Virus record (IMG/VR): IMGVR_UViG_3300005294_000013
Length of the DNA stretch: 64,000 nucleotides
Source: an uncultured virus (IMG/VR IMGVR_UViG_3300005294_000013)
Lineage: Duplodnaviria > Heunggongvirae > Uroviricota > Caudoviricetes
Reading direction: 5' to 3' (one strand)
Position numbers and translations under genes: made by a program. The notes beneath the pieces are model-generated. The model was given only the letters and a program-made list of their open reading frames with translations. It was not told the DNA's origin and did not search any database. Positions 17,603-27,741 of the stretch are shown here, piece after piece. Positions within the stretch are counted from its first letter, which is position 1, and the number at the start of each line of letters is the position of its first letter.

Positions 17603-18089
17603 GCTCGATTACTGGCGCCGAGGGTCGGGCGGTCAGGACATTTTCCTTCGTCCCGTCGCTCCAGATAAAGTTGAGGGTAAAGCTCGGCCCACCCCCCTCC
17701 ACCCCCCGCAGCGGTGCCGGTGGCGGTCCGTCGGTCCCCGCCGCCCTCAACAATTTATGAAAGCACTCAATCTTCTGGCCGATCGGTGTCTCGGTCTGCA
17801 CCACGAGGTGGGCGATAGTGCTGATCGCCCGCTCGACCGCGAGCCCGGCTTTCAGCCGGATGCGTCGCTCGACATTATCGTCGCTCTCGTAAGCTGTCTT
17901 ATGCTGGTTGATCAGCCTCGACAACGCAGCGTTACTGCGGACAAAATGGAACAACACGGCGCGGTTGACGAAGCCGTAGCGCTCGCAGATGTCCTCTACT
18001 TCATAAAAACCCTGGGCGTAGTCGGTGACAAACTGGGTTAGCTGTTGGCTATCGTCGACCAGCTCTCGGTGGATGGGCTCGTCGAGCAT
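17589..18089 (-). CDS. Putative terminase small subunit
   Basis: Helical 166-aa ORF with HTH-like start, upstream of terL; positional inference. Confidence 0.5.
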   Translation of the reverse strand: MLDEPIHRELVDDSQQLTQFVTDYAQGFYEVEDICERYGFVNRAVLFHFVRSNAALSRLINQHKTAYESDDNVERRIRLKAGLAVERAISTIAHLVVQTETPIGQKIECFHKLLRAAGTDGPPPAPLRGVEGGGPSFTLNFIWSDGTKENVLTARPSAPVIEHDQN

Positions 18090-18186
18090 TGGCCTCGTTT
18101 CCTGTTGACAAGGTTTCAGGGCGGAGCATAACTAAATATAGGGGCTATAGTAAGGGCTGAATGCTATCCCCGGAGCCGGAGGTCGG

Positions 18187-20487
18187 TTGCCTCAAGCTTT
18201 GGCAGGCGTCAGCTCATCGACACCGTCGTATAACCGCGGCGGTACTGGGCTTGTGCGTCTGGTCAGCCCAGCCCAGCTCGACGATCAAGACGCCCAGCGC
18301 CTGGCAGCTCTATCCGAGCTGAACCGGCCCAACCCCCTACCAGCCGACCTCGGCGCTTTCGTCCGCAGCCGCTGGCAAATTATGCGGAACGCCCGCAACT
18401 CGGGCGAGAACAATCTCAACGATCGCCTCCTGCGCGCCCAGCGCATGTTTGAAGGCAAGTACGACCCTAGCAAACTCCACGAGATAAAGCGTTTCGGCGG
18501 GTCGGAAGTTTATGCCCGCGTCGTCGCGGTAAAATGCCGGGGCGCCAACTCCCTCTTACGTGATGTCTATCTCGGGCCGGAGCGGCCTTGGAGTATCGAC
18601 CCGCAGCCGGCCCCGCCGGTCCCGCAGAGCGTTAGGATGGACATCATGCAGCTCGTCCAGTCGGAGGTGCAAAACCTCCAGATGGGTGGGCAGCCGATCG
18701 ACGAGGATCAGGTCCATCAGCGCGTGTCGGACCTTCTCTACCAGGCCCAGCAGGCGGCTCGCAGGCAAGCCATGCGGCAGGCCGACCAGGCCGCAGATAA
18801 GGTCGAAGACCTCCTCCAGGCCGGCAATTTCTACGACGCATTGGCGGAGTTTTTGACCGATCTCCCACTTTTCCCCTTTGCCTGCATCAAGGGGCCGGTG
18901 GTCCGCATGGTGCCACGCCTTAGCTGGCAAGACGGCAAAGCCATCTTAGAACAAGCCCCCCAGATGTTCTGGGAGCGGATCGACCCGTTCAATATCTACT
19001 GGAGCCCTGGGGTCGCCCGCATCGAGAACGCTGAGGTGATCGAGCGTAAGCGCCTCACTCGCACCGACCTCAACGATCTCCTAGGCCTGCCTGGTTATGA
19101 CCAGGAGGCGGTGCGCGCCGCCTTGCAGGATCACGCGCACGGGCTGCGGGACTGGATGGATTCGCCCGACACCGAGGCTGCTCTCGCCTCCGGCCGGGAA
19201 GATCCAAACTTCAACCAGTCTCAGATGATCGACGCCATAGAATATCATGGCAACGTGCAGGGGCAGATCCTGCTCGACCAAGGTGTTGACCGGGAACTCG
19301 TCCCCGACCTCGATCGCGACTACGCAGTACAGACCTGGGTCGTTGGGCGGCATGTCCTTAAAACCCAGCTCAACCCCTCGCCGCGCCAACGCCATCCATA
19401 TTTTCTCACTTCATTCGAGAAAGTGCCGGGGACGGTAGCAGGTCATGGACTACCTGATATTCTTGAAGATATCCAAGAAGTCGCCAACGCGACGATGCGT
19501 GCCTTGGTCAACAACATGGGTATGGCCAGCGGACCCCAAGTCGTCATCAACGACGACTGCCTGAGCCCGACCGAGAACGGCGATCAGCTCTACCCCTGGA
19601 AGCGCTGGCATGTGGTCAACGACCCGTTGGCAAACACCCGCGAGCCGGTGACGTTCTTCCAGCCCAGCAGCAACGCGCAAGAACTTTTGACGATCTACCA
19701 GCAGTTCACCAACATAGCCGACGATATATCGGCAATCCCCCGCTATACAACCGGTGAAAGTCTAAGTGGCGGCGCAGGACGCACCGCCAGTGGTCTTTCC
19801 ATGTTGATGAACAACGCATCGAAAATTCTCCAGACCGTCGCCAGCAACGTCGATATCGACGTAATGAAGGGGCTGCTCACCGCGGTCTACGACATGATCA
19901 TGCTAACCGACGACAGCGGGATGTTGTCGGGTGAAGAGCAGATTGTCGTTAGCGGCGTCAAGGTAGCGATCCAGAAGGAATCGGAACGTCAGAAGCAGCT
20001 CCAATTCCTGCAAATTACGGCAAACCCCATCGACGCGCCAATCCTCGGCAAACCGGGGCGGGCACGCGTCCTTCGCTCGGTCGCACAAAACCTCGGCATG
20101 CCGGACGATGTGGTGCCGGACGACCAAGCCATCGCCCAGCAGATCAAGGCCGAGGAAGACCTGAAAAAGGCTCAGATCGCCATGGCGGCGCACAGCGCCG
20201 CGATGCAGGGCCAGCTCGGCCGCCCGGCACCCCCTGAGCAACAGGGCGGTCCTGGCGGTGGTGGGGCAGGGGGTAAGCCCCCGGCTTCCCCCGCTGCTCA
20301 GGCGCAGGGCGCCCAGGCCCCCGCGCCTACCCCGGAGCGGCTCAGCGACAACGCTCCGCCGATGAACGTGCAGCAGCAAATGTCGCCGCGTGAGGGTGCC
20401 GGCGGCGCCCGCCGCGCCCCTGATGGGCGGCTCTACGCGCCCGACCCCTCGCGGCCAGGTAAGTTCCTCCTCGTGCAGGGCGCGTGA
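18187..20487 (+). CDS. Portal protein
   Basis: 766 aa first gene of structural operon; GHGLPDILEDIQEVANA..RALVNN, RTASGLSMLM motifs of P22/podovirus-like portals. Confidence 0.9.
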   Translation: MPQALAGVSSSTPSYNRGGTGLVRLVSPAQLDDQDAQRLAALSELNRPNPLPADLGAFVRSRWQIMRNARNSGENNLNDRLLRAQRMFEGKYDPSKLHEIKRFGGSEVYARVVAVKCRGANSLLRDVYLGPERPWSIDPQPAPPVPQSVRMDIMQLVQSEVQNLQMGGQPIDEDQVHQRVSDLLYQAQQAARRQAMRQADQAADKVEDLLQAGNFYDALAEFLTDLPLFPFACIKGPVVRMVPRLSWQDGKAILEQAPQMFWERIDPFNIYWSPGVARIENAEVIERKRLTRTDLNDLLGLPGYDQEAVRAALQDHAHGLRDWMDSPDTEAALASGREDPNFNQSQMIDAIEYHGNVQGQILLDQGVDRELVPDLDRDYAVQTWVVGRHVLKTQLNPSPRQRHPYFLTSFEKVPGTVAGHGLPDILEDIQEVANATMRALVNNMGMASGPQVVINDDCLSPTENGDQLYPWKRWHVVNDPLANTREPVTFFQPSSNAQELLTIYQQFTNIADDISAIPRYTTGESLSGGAGRTASGLSMLMNNASKILQTVASNVDIDVMKGLLTAVYDMIMLTDDSGMLSGEEQIVVSGVKVAIQKESERQKQLQFLQITANPIDAPILGKPGRARVLRSVAQNLGMPDDVVPDDQAIAQQIKAEEDLKKAQIAMAAHSAAMQGQLGRPAPPEQQGGPGGGGAGGKPPASPAAQAQGAQAPAPTPERLSDNAPPMNVQQQMSPREGAGGARRAPDGRLYAPDPSRPGKFLLVQGA

Positions 20488-21128
20488 TGGCTGATTACCT
20501 CACCCCTGTCGACCATGACCCGTTCGCGGCTGCTCCGGTGCCCGTAGACTACGATCCATTCTCGATGAAGCCGGTCGACTATGACCCCTTCGCGCCTGCG
20601 ACTAACGCCTATGAGCAGGCGCTCCATGATTATCCCATACTGCGCGACCAGGGAATTGTCGGCGGCTCCGGTAACGCCAGCGAACACATCGAGTTCTGGC
20701 CGCCGCACGAGCCCGGCGCCCCCGATCGACCGCGGCCGGATTTCATCCCCTTCGACAAGCCCGGCGTTGAGCTGGGTACCGGCGACGCTCGGCCGATCGA
20801 CGTGCTGGGCGACGTGGTATCGCACCACATGGTCCAGAAAGACCCGGTGATTAAGCGGTACTACGAACGCTTTGCCGAGTCGTTGACCCCTGAACAACAG
20901 CAACGACTGCAAGAGCAATACCAGTACGCTCAGCAGAATGAAAACGAGACGCGGCCTTACGAGCAGTGGGAAGAGAAATCTGGCATGCCGGCTTATTTCC
21001 GCGGCTACGCATTCCAGCAGTGGCCGGACGAGGTTAACCAGCAGGTTTACACCCCTGAACAGCGCGGTCATTTCGACCGGATGATGAACTATCTGACTGG
21101 GCCGCAAGATGACCCGACACCCTACTGA
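20484..21128 (+). CDS. Hypothetical protein with three N-terminal PVD(H/Y)DPF repeats
   Basis: Coupled to portal stop. Confidence 0.7.
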   Translation: MMADYLTPVDHDPFAAAPVPVDYDPFSMKPVDYDPFAPATNAYEQALHDYPILRDQGIVGGSGNASEHIEFWPPHEPGAPDRPRPDFIPFDKPGVELGTGDARPIDVLGDVVSHHMVQKDPVIKRYYERFAESLTPEQQQRLQEQYQYAQQNENETRPYEQWEEKSGMPAYFRGYAFQQWPDEVNQQVYTPEQRGHFDRMMNYLTGPQDDPTPY

Positions 21129-21139
21129 GGAATACCGAC

Positions 21140-21367
21140 ATGGCTAATTATCAACGCACCGAGTACGGCACCAAGACCGGTGCCGAGGGCGACGACAAGC
21201 TGGTGGGGTCTAGCCGCCTTGAGATGATCAAGGGCGGCGGCTCGGGCGACGGCAGCGGCCCTACCGGCTCCTCGCGCAGTTATCCCAAGAGCAGCTCGTT
21301 GTCGCTGAAGGCTGACTTCAACCCGATGAAAGTGCCTGTAACCGACTACGGGGTAGGCGGCGTCTAG
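21140..21367 (+). CDS. Small hypothetical protein
   Basis: SD GAGG; co-oriented. Confidence 0.6.
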   Translation: MANYQRTEYGTKTGAEGDDKLVGSSRLEMIKGGGSGDGSGPTGSSRSYPKSSSLSLKADFNPMKVPVTDYGVGGV

Positions 21368-21389
21368 GGTAACTATAGGAATTATAGGC

Positions 21390-21632
21390 ATGAAGTCTAA
21401 CTGGCAGGAAACCCCGCTGCTCAAGGGGCAGGTGCCGCCGGGAACGGCCAAGGGGCAGAAGGTTCAGCACCTGGGCAACATCACCGGCCGCCGCACCCCT
21501 GGGCTGACCACGGTCGGCGGTGGCGATCAGCTCGCTCACTCGATGAGCCATTACGGCAAAGACGCGCCGCAGCTCGTCGACCCGTTCGCTGTTACCGGCT
21601 TTCCCGGCCCGCTGGGGCGGCGGCGCCGATGA
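21390..21632 (+). CDS. Small hypothetical protein
   Basis: Co-oriented; ATGA-coupled to next ORF. Confidence 0.55.
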   Translation: MKSNWQETPLLKGQVPPGTAKGQKVQHLGNITGRRTPGLTTVGGGDQLAHSMSHYGKDAPQLVDPFAVTGFPGPLGRRRR

Positions 21633-21895
21633 GCCTGAACCTTGGTACCGAGGGCATCAACGCCTGCGCCAATTTGGGGCAGCAGGGCGACTTTGTGGCG
21701 CTGCGCCTCGCGCTTCTTGAGCAGGTGCGGGTGCAGATGAACCAGGCCCTCGACCTCGAATCGGCGAAGCGGGACGACGCGATCGGTTACGCGCGGGCGC
21801 TGCGTGACGTGTGGCAGGCGATGGAGGCGGCGGCAACCAGACAGCGAATCAACGCGGTGCCAAAGCCCGGCCCGGGGACTGCTAATGTCCGATAA
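21629..21895 (+). CDS. Small helical protein upstream of scaffold
   Basis: 88 aa; position typical of head-assembly accessory genes. Confidence 0.6.
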   Translation: MSLNLGTEGINACANLGQQGDFVALRLALLEQVRVQMNQALDLESAKRDDAIGYARALRDVWQAMEAAATRQRINAVPKPGPGTANVR

Positions 21896-22892
21896 TTCAA
21901 ATCGAGGCAACGAGGACTATGCACCCTCGGTGCCGCGCGCGGTGCGCGAGCAGGCCGAGCGTGCGGAACAACTGGCACGCGAGCTGGGTGCAGCCAACGT
22001 GACAGACGCTCCTGATGAGGGGGAGCGTGAGCAGGGTGGGGACGAGACGCCCTCGTCCCCACCGGAGCAGCGCGAGCCCGAGGAGTATCGTCCGCCGCAG
22101 CGCGAACCCGAGGAGTGGGAGCAGCGCTACCGCACCCTCCAGGGCAAGTACGATTCCGAGATGGGCCACATGCGGGGCCAGCTCGCCTCGATGGAGCGCC
22201 TGATCGAGGCGATGCAGACGGCGCCTCCTCCACCACCACCGCCCCCGGTCGCTCCCCAGATCACCGACGAAGACCGCGAGATGTGGGGGGACGACCTCCC
22301 CCAGGCGGTGTCGCGTTGGGTGGGCAACGCCCAGGATCAGCGGATCGCCCAGTTAGAGGCGCAGATTCATCAGCTCGCTGGTGGTCAACAGCGCACCGAT
22401 GTGACGCTGACCCAGCACTCGGTGATGAGCCAACTCGATATGGACCCCGACTTGGCGGGTCGGTGGCGCCAGCTCAACGACGCTCCGGCGTTCCTCTCGT
22501 GGTTGTCGGAGATTGACCAATTCTCGGCGCGGCCTCGTATCGAGCTGCTCCGCGAAGCCTACGCCCAGGGCGACGCAAATCGCACTGGACGGTTCTTTAA
22601 ATCGTATCTCGCAGAGCATACCGCTCCGCCAGGATCAAGAGCACCGGCCCATACCCAGCTAAACGGCTCGGCGGGACGGATGCGGCTTGAAGAACTGGCT
22701 GCACCCGGCCGCGCAGCGGCCTCAGGTACAAACGGCGGCGCTTCCCCGGAGAGACGCATGTGGACGAACCGAGAAATCGGCGCGTTCTATCGGGATGTGC
22801 AGCGCGGAATGTACCGGACTCGGCAAGCGGATAAAGACCGCATCGAAGCGGATATTCTCGCAGCAGCTTCCGAGGGACGCGTCACCCAGTAA
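21885..22892 (+). CDS. Capsid scaffolding protein
   Basis: Acidic coiled coil, WEQRYRTLQGKYDSE, ends AASEGRV; directly upstream of capsid gene. Confidence 0.75.
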   Translation: MSDNSNRGNEDYAPSVPRAVREQAERAEQLARELGAANVTDAPDEGEREQGGDETPSSPPEQREPEEYRPPQREPEEWEQRYRTLQGKYDSEMGHMRGQLASMERLIEAMQTAPPPPPPPPVAPQITDEDREMWGDDLPQAVSRWVGNAQDQRIAQLEAQIHQLAGGQQRTDVTLTQHSVMSQLDMDPDLAGRWRQLNDAPAFLSWLSEIDQFSARPRIELLREAYAQGDANRTGRFFKSYLAEHTAPPGSRAPAHTQLNGSAGRMRLEELAAPGRAAASGTNGGASPERRMWTNREIGAFYRDVQRGMYRTRQADKDRIEADILAAASEGRVTQ

Positions 22893-22915
22893 CGCGCTTC
22901 TGAGGGAGTTATGTT

Positions 22916-23866
22916 ATGCCTATCGCACAAGGCACCCCGTATTCGGGGTCAGCCGCCAGTCCTACTTATTCGGGTGCGGCAGCAGGTGGCGTATTTGTTC
23001 CTGAGATATGGAGCGGCAAGCTGATTGAGAAATTCTATTCAGCGACCGTCCTCTCCGCTATCTCCAACACCGACTACGAAGGAGAAATCCAGAACAAAGG
23101 CGACAAGGTAAAAATTCGCACCAAGCCGACCATCACTATCAAAGACTATCAGTTGGATATGGCGCTCACGGTTGACCGTCCGTCCTCGTCAACCGTCGAG
23201 CTGACGATTGACTATGCCAAATATTTCAACTTGGTACTCGACGATGTGATGGAGCGCCAGGCGGATATGAACCTCCTGTCGATGTGGGCCGACGATGCAA
23301 GCGAGCAGCTCAAGATCACCATCGACACTGGCGTGCTTGCGCTGATCGATGCCGGGGTCGACGCCAACAACAAAGGGGCAACCGCGGGCCGCATCTCGGA
23401 CATGAATTTGGGAGCTGCCGGGGCGCCAGTTGCATTGACGGCAACCAACGTCCTCGACGCCATCGTCGATATGGGCACTGTCCTCGACGAGCAAAACATC
23501 CCCGAAACCAATAGGTGGCTAGTCATTCCCCCCTGGGTTGCCGGCCTCGTGAAGAAAAGTGATCTGCGCAACGCGTCGATCTCCGGTGATGGCGTTTCTC
23601 TAATGAGGAATGGCCGCCTCGGCATGATCGACAGGTTTACCCTCTACTCTTCCAACCTGCTGCCGACGGCAGTGGAAGGCGCGGCGACGGCAACCCGCAT
23701 CTTTGGCGGGCATCCGCACGGGCTCACTTTTGCTAGCCAGATCAGCAAGGTGGAGACGCTGCGCTCGGAATCGACGTTTGGCACCTTGTTGCGTGGCCTC
23801 CAGGTATACGGGGCGAAGGTGCTAGACGGCATCGCGATTACCGAGCTATATGCAGTGCGTGGGTAA
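22916..23866 (+). CDS. Major capsid protein
   Basis: FVPEIWSGKLIEKFY, DYEGEI..KGDKVKI, LDEQNIPETNRW, RGLQVYGAKV; SD GGGAG. Confidence 0.92.
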   Translation: MPIAQGTPYSGSAASPTYSGAAAGGVFVPEIWSGKLIEKFYSATVLSAISNTDYEGEIQNKGDKVKIRTKPTITIKDYQLDMALTVDRPSSSTVELTIDYAKYFNLVLDDVMERQADMNLLSMWADDASEQLKITIDTGVLALIDAGVDANNKGATAGRISDMNLGAAGAPVALTATNVLDAIVDMGTVLDEQNIPETNRWLVIPPWVAGLVKKSDLRNASISGDGVSLMRNGRLGMIDRFTLYSSNLLPTAVEGAATATRIFGGHPHGLTFASQISKVETLRSESTFGTLLRGLQVYGAKVLDGIAITELYAVRG

Positions 23867-23890
23867 CTATAGGTAATGTAGGCACCCACG

Positions 23891-24262
23891 ATGCTGATGA
23901 CCCGACCGACAGTCGGTCAGCTCCTGTTGGACGCCAGGGCGGTTCTCAACGATACCGTGCCGATCACTGGGTCGACACGGTACTCGGACACGGATCTGTT
24001 TCAGGCGTTCAACGCCGCTCTATTTGAGGCGCGGGCTAAACGGCCCGACGCCTTTTTAGAGATGGGACTGCGGATCGACATCCCGTCGTTTGGGCCGGGT
24101 GACGAGCTTCAGTTGTTTCCGCTGGATCAGATCTTCTATCCGCTTTTTCTAAACTATATCGTCGGTAAATCGGAGTTGCGCGAAGACGAGTTTGCCGCGG
24201 AGGGCCGTGCTGTAGCCATGCTCAACAAATTTGTTACCGGGCTTCTACAGGTTGTTAGTTGA
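23891..24262 (+). CDS. Putative head-tail adaptor
   Basis: ARAVLND...RYSDTDL...KRPDAF pattern after capsid gene. Confidence 0.65.
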   Translation: MLMTRPTVGQLLLDARAVLNDTVPITGSTRYSDTDLFQAFNAALFEARAKRPDAFLEMGLRIDIPSFGPGDELQLFPLDQIFYPLFLNYIVGKSELREDEFAAEGRAVAMLNKFVTGLLQVVS

Positions 24263-24897
24263 TGGCTATTAGCACTCCTGGTGGTCCGCTTGTTTACGAC
24301 GAGCATAACTACCTGGGCGAAGACCCAGGGCTTACCCGCGTCTACGACAACGTGATGGGTACGGTTCCTGGTGTCTTATTGCCGGCGGTCAAAATGGTGG
24401 TGTGGAATGCCATCGAGGAATTTTACTGGCGATCGACCTGGCGGCGCGAGTTGTTGAACTGGTGCATGCCGGATCATGTTATTTGCGTGGATTTTAATCC
24501 ATTCGACGGTAATTGGTTGGTTACCTGGGTGCTCGATGTCTATGGGCACGGGCGGTACACCGTGCGCCCCCCCTCGATGATCGTCGACATTAGCACTCCG
24601 CCGAGCAGTGGGGCGCGTGAAGGCAAAGCCTTGGTAGCCCTGAAGCCGGTCAGCCTCGATGCCGAGTTCGACCCGCAGCTCTTTATGAATTGGTTCGAGA
24701 CGATCCTCGACGGCACATTGTACCGGCTCTACCTGCAACCGGCCAAACCTTACTCCAGCCCGCAGCTCGCCTCGGCGCATGCCCGTCAGTTTCGAGTCGG
24801 CTGCCAGCGCGCCCGCGCCATCGCCCAGAAGCAATACACCAACGGCACCGGAAGCTGGGCCTTTAACTATTACGCCGCTGGGAGGCGAAAGAGTTGA
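24259..24897 (+). CDS. Putative adaptor / tail tubular protein A-like
   Basis: AIEEFYWRS.WR, ILDGTLYRLY.QPAKPYS. Confidence 0.65.
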   Translation: MMAISTPGGPLVYDEHNYLGEDPGLTRVYDNVMGTVPGVLLPAVKMVVWNAIEEFYWRSTWRRELLNWCMPDHVICVDFNPFDGNWLVTWVLDVYGHGRYTVRPPSMIVDISTPPSSGAREGKALVALKPVSLDAEFDPQLFMNWFETILDGTLYRLYLQPAKPYSSPQLASAHARQFRVGCQRARAIAQKQYTNGTGSWAFNYYAAGRRKS

Positions 24898-25676
24898 GCG
24901 TTTCATGTGGCCCCGTGACCTTCACGGTTACTGAGCAGCTTGGGCCGCTCGGTACCCTTGCTAAACTCCCCGTCGATTATCGCGAGGCAGCATTTGATTT
25001 TGCCTGCTGGCTTGCTGAAGGCGAGAGTGTTACGTCAATTCAACAATACGGAATTACGGCTAATCCCCAAGTGCCGGATAACATATGTGCCGATAGTAAG
25101 GCGGGGTCATGGTCCATTGCTTTTACTTGTAGTACCGGTAGTGTCGTGTCGCATACCCACGCTGCTACACCACTCACTGATACAACACCTTTGTTAGTTG
25201 TTGGTGCTAATGTTGCGCCCAACGGCAAACAAGCAACTATACTGCTCGGAGACGGGACGGCTGGTATCACTTACGGTGTGGGCTTTCTGGCTATCGTGGC
25301 GCCGACGCCGCGTCGTAAGGTGATAAACTTTTTAGTCTGCGTGGATACACCGCTGGTTACTATTAGTAGTGTACCGACATTGCCGGTACCGCCGCCATTC
25401 CAGACTGTGACTGGCAGCACTAATCTTCCCGTTGGCACTACCGGTTCTGTTTTTGTTAATAATACGACGAACACGGCAATAACTATTACTTTGCCGCCGC
25501 TGCCGACTATCAATCAGAATTTGGTTATTAAAGATATTGCGGGCAACGCCGGTACCTATAACATTACGATTATCGCCAGTGGGTACACAATAGATGGGCA
25601 ACCTAGTTTAGTTCTTTCGTATAACTACGCCTGGGCGGAACTTACGTTCACCGGCACGCAGTGGGTGCAAGTATGA
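24894..25676 (+). CDS. Tail fibre/spike adaptor protein
   Basis: Beta-rich; C-terminal domain paralogous to 37403..37792. Confidence 0.6.
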   Translation: MSVSCGPVTFTVTEQLGPLGTLAKLPVDYREAAFDFACWLAEGESVTSIQQYGITANPQVPDNICADSKAGSWSIAFTCSTGSVVSHTHAATPLTDTTPLLVVGANVAPNGKQATILLGDGTAGITYGVGFLAIVAPTPRRKVINFLVCVDTPLVTISSVPTLPVPPPFQTVTGSTNLPVGTTGSVFVNNTTNTAITITLPPLPTINQNLVIKDIAGNAGTYNITIIASGYTIDGQPSLVLSYNYAWAELTFTGTQWVQV

Positions 25677-27505
25677 AAAAGCTTCTTGCCTTATTGTTTA
25701 TTTGTGCGCCGCTTGTCGCCTCGGCGCAACAGGTGCCACACCCGGCGCCGATGTCGTTGCCGGTTAGCAACGTGGCGCTTAAGGCGATCAACGGCGGGAT
25801 CAACCTGCGGGCAGCCCGCCTCGGGTTTACCACCGCTGGCGATGGCGGCTATGCCGAATATAACTGGTCGGCGTCGAATTGCACGGCGGCCGACGATGGC
25901 GCTCAAGTGCAGCCCAGCGTGACGGGGTGCTGGATTGCGGATTTTACTAACACTGAGCCGACGCCGAAAGTGTGGGGTGCAGCGGGCAACGGTACGACGA
26001 ACGACACGACGGCGGTGCAGGCAGCCGTTAACGCGCGATATCGACAAACACTGTATATTGGCCCCTATCGTTATTGTATTGGCTCTCCTGGTATTGTAGC
26101 TATTAAACCTATCACGATACGGGGCGACACAATGGGGAACCGGTACCAGACGCCGGCTTCCGACCAATACGGGTTTACCTCTTGCACTACTAACATAGAG
26201 CTGTTGAAATTTTCCTACGATGGCGGCGGAGGCAGTAATAATGCAGCAGGTACTGTTTTACGGGATTTATTTATCGAGGCAGGTTCAGCCGGCGCAAACA
26301 CTAGCGGCGCCGCGGTTGTGTGGAACCCAACGCATAATACCCGGATGGAGAACATTAGAATTAACCGGGCTTGCATCGGGGTTGATATACAGCACGCACA
26401 TTCATTGGTTATGGATGGGGTGGATATTTCTAGTATGACTGGGGATACGCAGGTGCCGCTTGGCGCCGGTTGCGGTGGTATTCGGGTTGGGCACGCGAGC
26501 ACGTTAGCTGACACGGCGGATGTGCGTATTACTAATACCACATCGAATGTGCAAGGTGACTACGGTATTCTTGTTGAGGATGCTGGTGGGCTATTTATCG
26601 GCCCCAACGTAGATATCTTGTACGCGGTGAACGGTACAATACTTAGACCATCTTTCGCTAACCAGTATATATCTTGGCTATATGCCAATTCTTCGGCGCT
26701 GTCTGATAGCACTTGTTCCACAGGATTAATAATAGATACGACTAGAAATGACCAGAGGATAACCGGTCTGCATTTCAATCAGACTTGGACCTCCACTGCC
26801 GGCAACAGCGGTGGTTGCGTTGGCGCTGGTGTTGCGGTCCAGAATACCGGTGGTAGCACGGTCAACGGCGTGCATTTTAACGGTCACCGAGCTTATACCA
26901 ATGGAGCTGATGGGTTTGCTATAAAAGATAGCGTCTCAAATATAACTATAGACAATAGCGAAATCTGCGCCAATGGTACAGTATACGCGAACGTTCCGAC
27001 TGTCAGGTATTCAGGTATTGCTATTGGCACTAGCGTCAGCGGTGTTGCAATGCGGGGCAATCGTATTGGAGGCGATTGCGTGGTAGCGGGTGTCTGGAAC
27101 GGTTTACAGGGCATCGGGATTAATCTGTTCGGCAGTAATAGTAATATAACGGTTGTTGGTAATGATCTGCGCGGCAATTTTTTGACCGGTATTGCCGCTA
27201 CGACGCTGCCGACTGGTGGTAATGTTATTAGGGATAATCTCGGTGATGATAATACCGTCCCAAGTGTAGCGGCAGCAGCAACTATAGTACTGCCGATGGG
27301 GGTGAATATCGGCATAACCGGTGCCACTACGACAATTTCAAACCTTACCGGGATGTGGGATGGGCGGACGGTGAATTTGTATTTTGCCAATGCTGGGCAT
27401 ACTTTTGCTATTGGCAGCGGCATCTGCAATGCGAAGACTGTGGTGCAGTTTGAACAGGTTGTGGCGTACCGGATGCCCGGTACAGGTTGCACCTACATTA
27501 AATGA
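25673..27505 (+). CDS. Right-handed beta-helix (pectate lyase-3-like) tailspike/depolymerase with signal-peptide-like N-terminus
   Basis: GFTTAGDGGYAEY, WGAAGNGTTNDTTAVQAAVN, Asn/Gly-rich beta-helix; MKKLLALLFICAPLVASA. Confidence 0.8.
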   Translation: MKKLLALLFICAPLVASAQQVPHPAPMSLPVSNVALKAINGGINLRAARLGFTTAGDGGYAEYNWSASNCTAADDGAQVQPSVTGCWIADFTNTEPTPKVWGAAGNGTTNDTTAVQAAVNARYRQTLYIGPYRYCIGSPGIVAIKPITIRGDTMGNRYQTPASDQYGFTSCTTNIELLKFSYDGGGGSNNAAGTVLRDLFIEAGSAGANTSGAAVVWNPTHNTRMENIRINRACIGVDIQHAHSLVMDGVDISSMTGDTQVPLGAGCGGIRVGHASTLADTADVRITNTTSNVQGDYGILVEDAGGLFIGPNVDILYAVNGTILRPSFANQYISWLYANSSALSDSTCSTGLIIDTTRNDQRITGLHFNQTWTSTAGNSGGCVGAGVAVQNTGGSTVNGVHFNGHRAYTNGADGFAIKDSVSNITIDNSEICANGTVYANVPTVRYSGIAIGTSVSGVAMRGNRIGGDCVVAGVWNGLQGIGINLFGSNSNITVVGNDLRGNFLTGIAATTLPTGGNVIRDNLGDDNTVPSVAAAATIVLPMGVNIGITGATTTISNLTGMWDGRTVNLYFANAGHTFAIGSGICNAKTVVQFEQVVAYRMPGTGCTYIK

Positions 27506-27515
27506 GGAGAATGTA

Positions 27516-27731
27516 ATGCACGGTACCTACGACAATAGTAAAGGCGGCCGAGCGGTTAATCCCAGCTCAAAAGGCGGGAGTCCGCAAAACCTGTCAGGCG
27601 CACCAGGACACTCTCCGGTGCAGGAGCCGATTCCAGGGCCGTCTAACCCTGGTCAGCCGGCGGCGATGAAGAAAGCGCTGGCAAAGAAGTCTACCCCCAA
27701 CAAGGGTCGGAATAGCCCCGGCCGCTATTGA
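27516..27731 (+). CDS. Small basic hypothetical protein
   Basis: SD GAGGAG before ATG 27516. Confidence 0.5.
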   Translation: MHGTYDNSKGGRAVNPSSKGGSPQNLSGAPGHSPVQEPIPGPSNPGQPAAMKKALAKKSTPNKGRNSPGRY

Positions 27732-27741
27732 GGAGAGTGCT

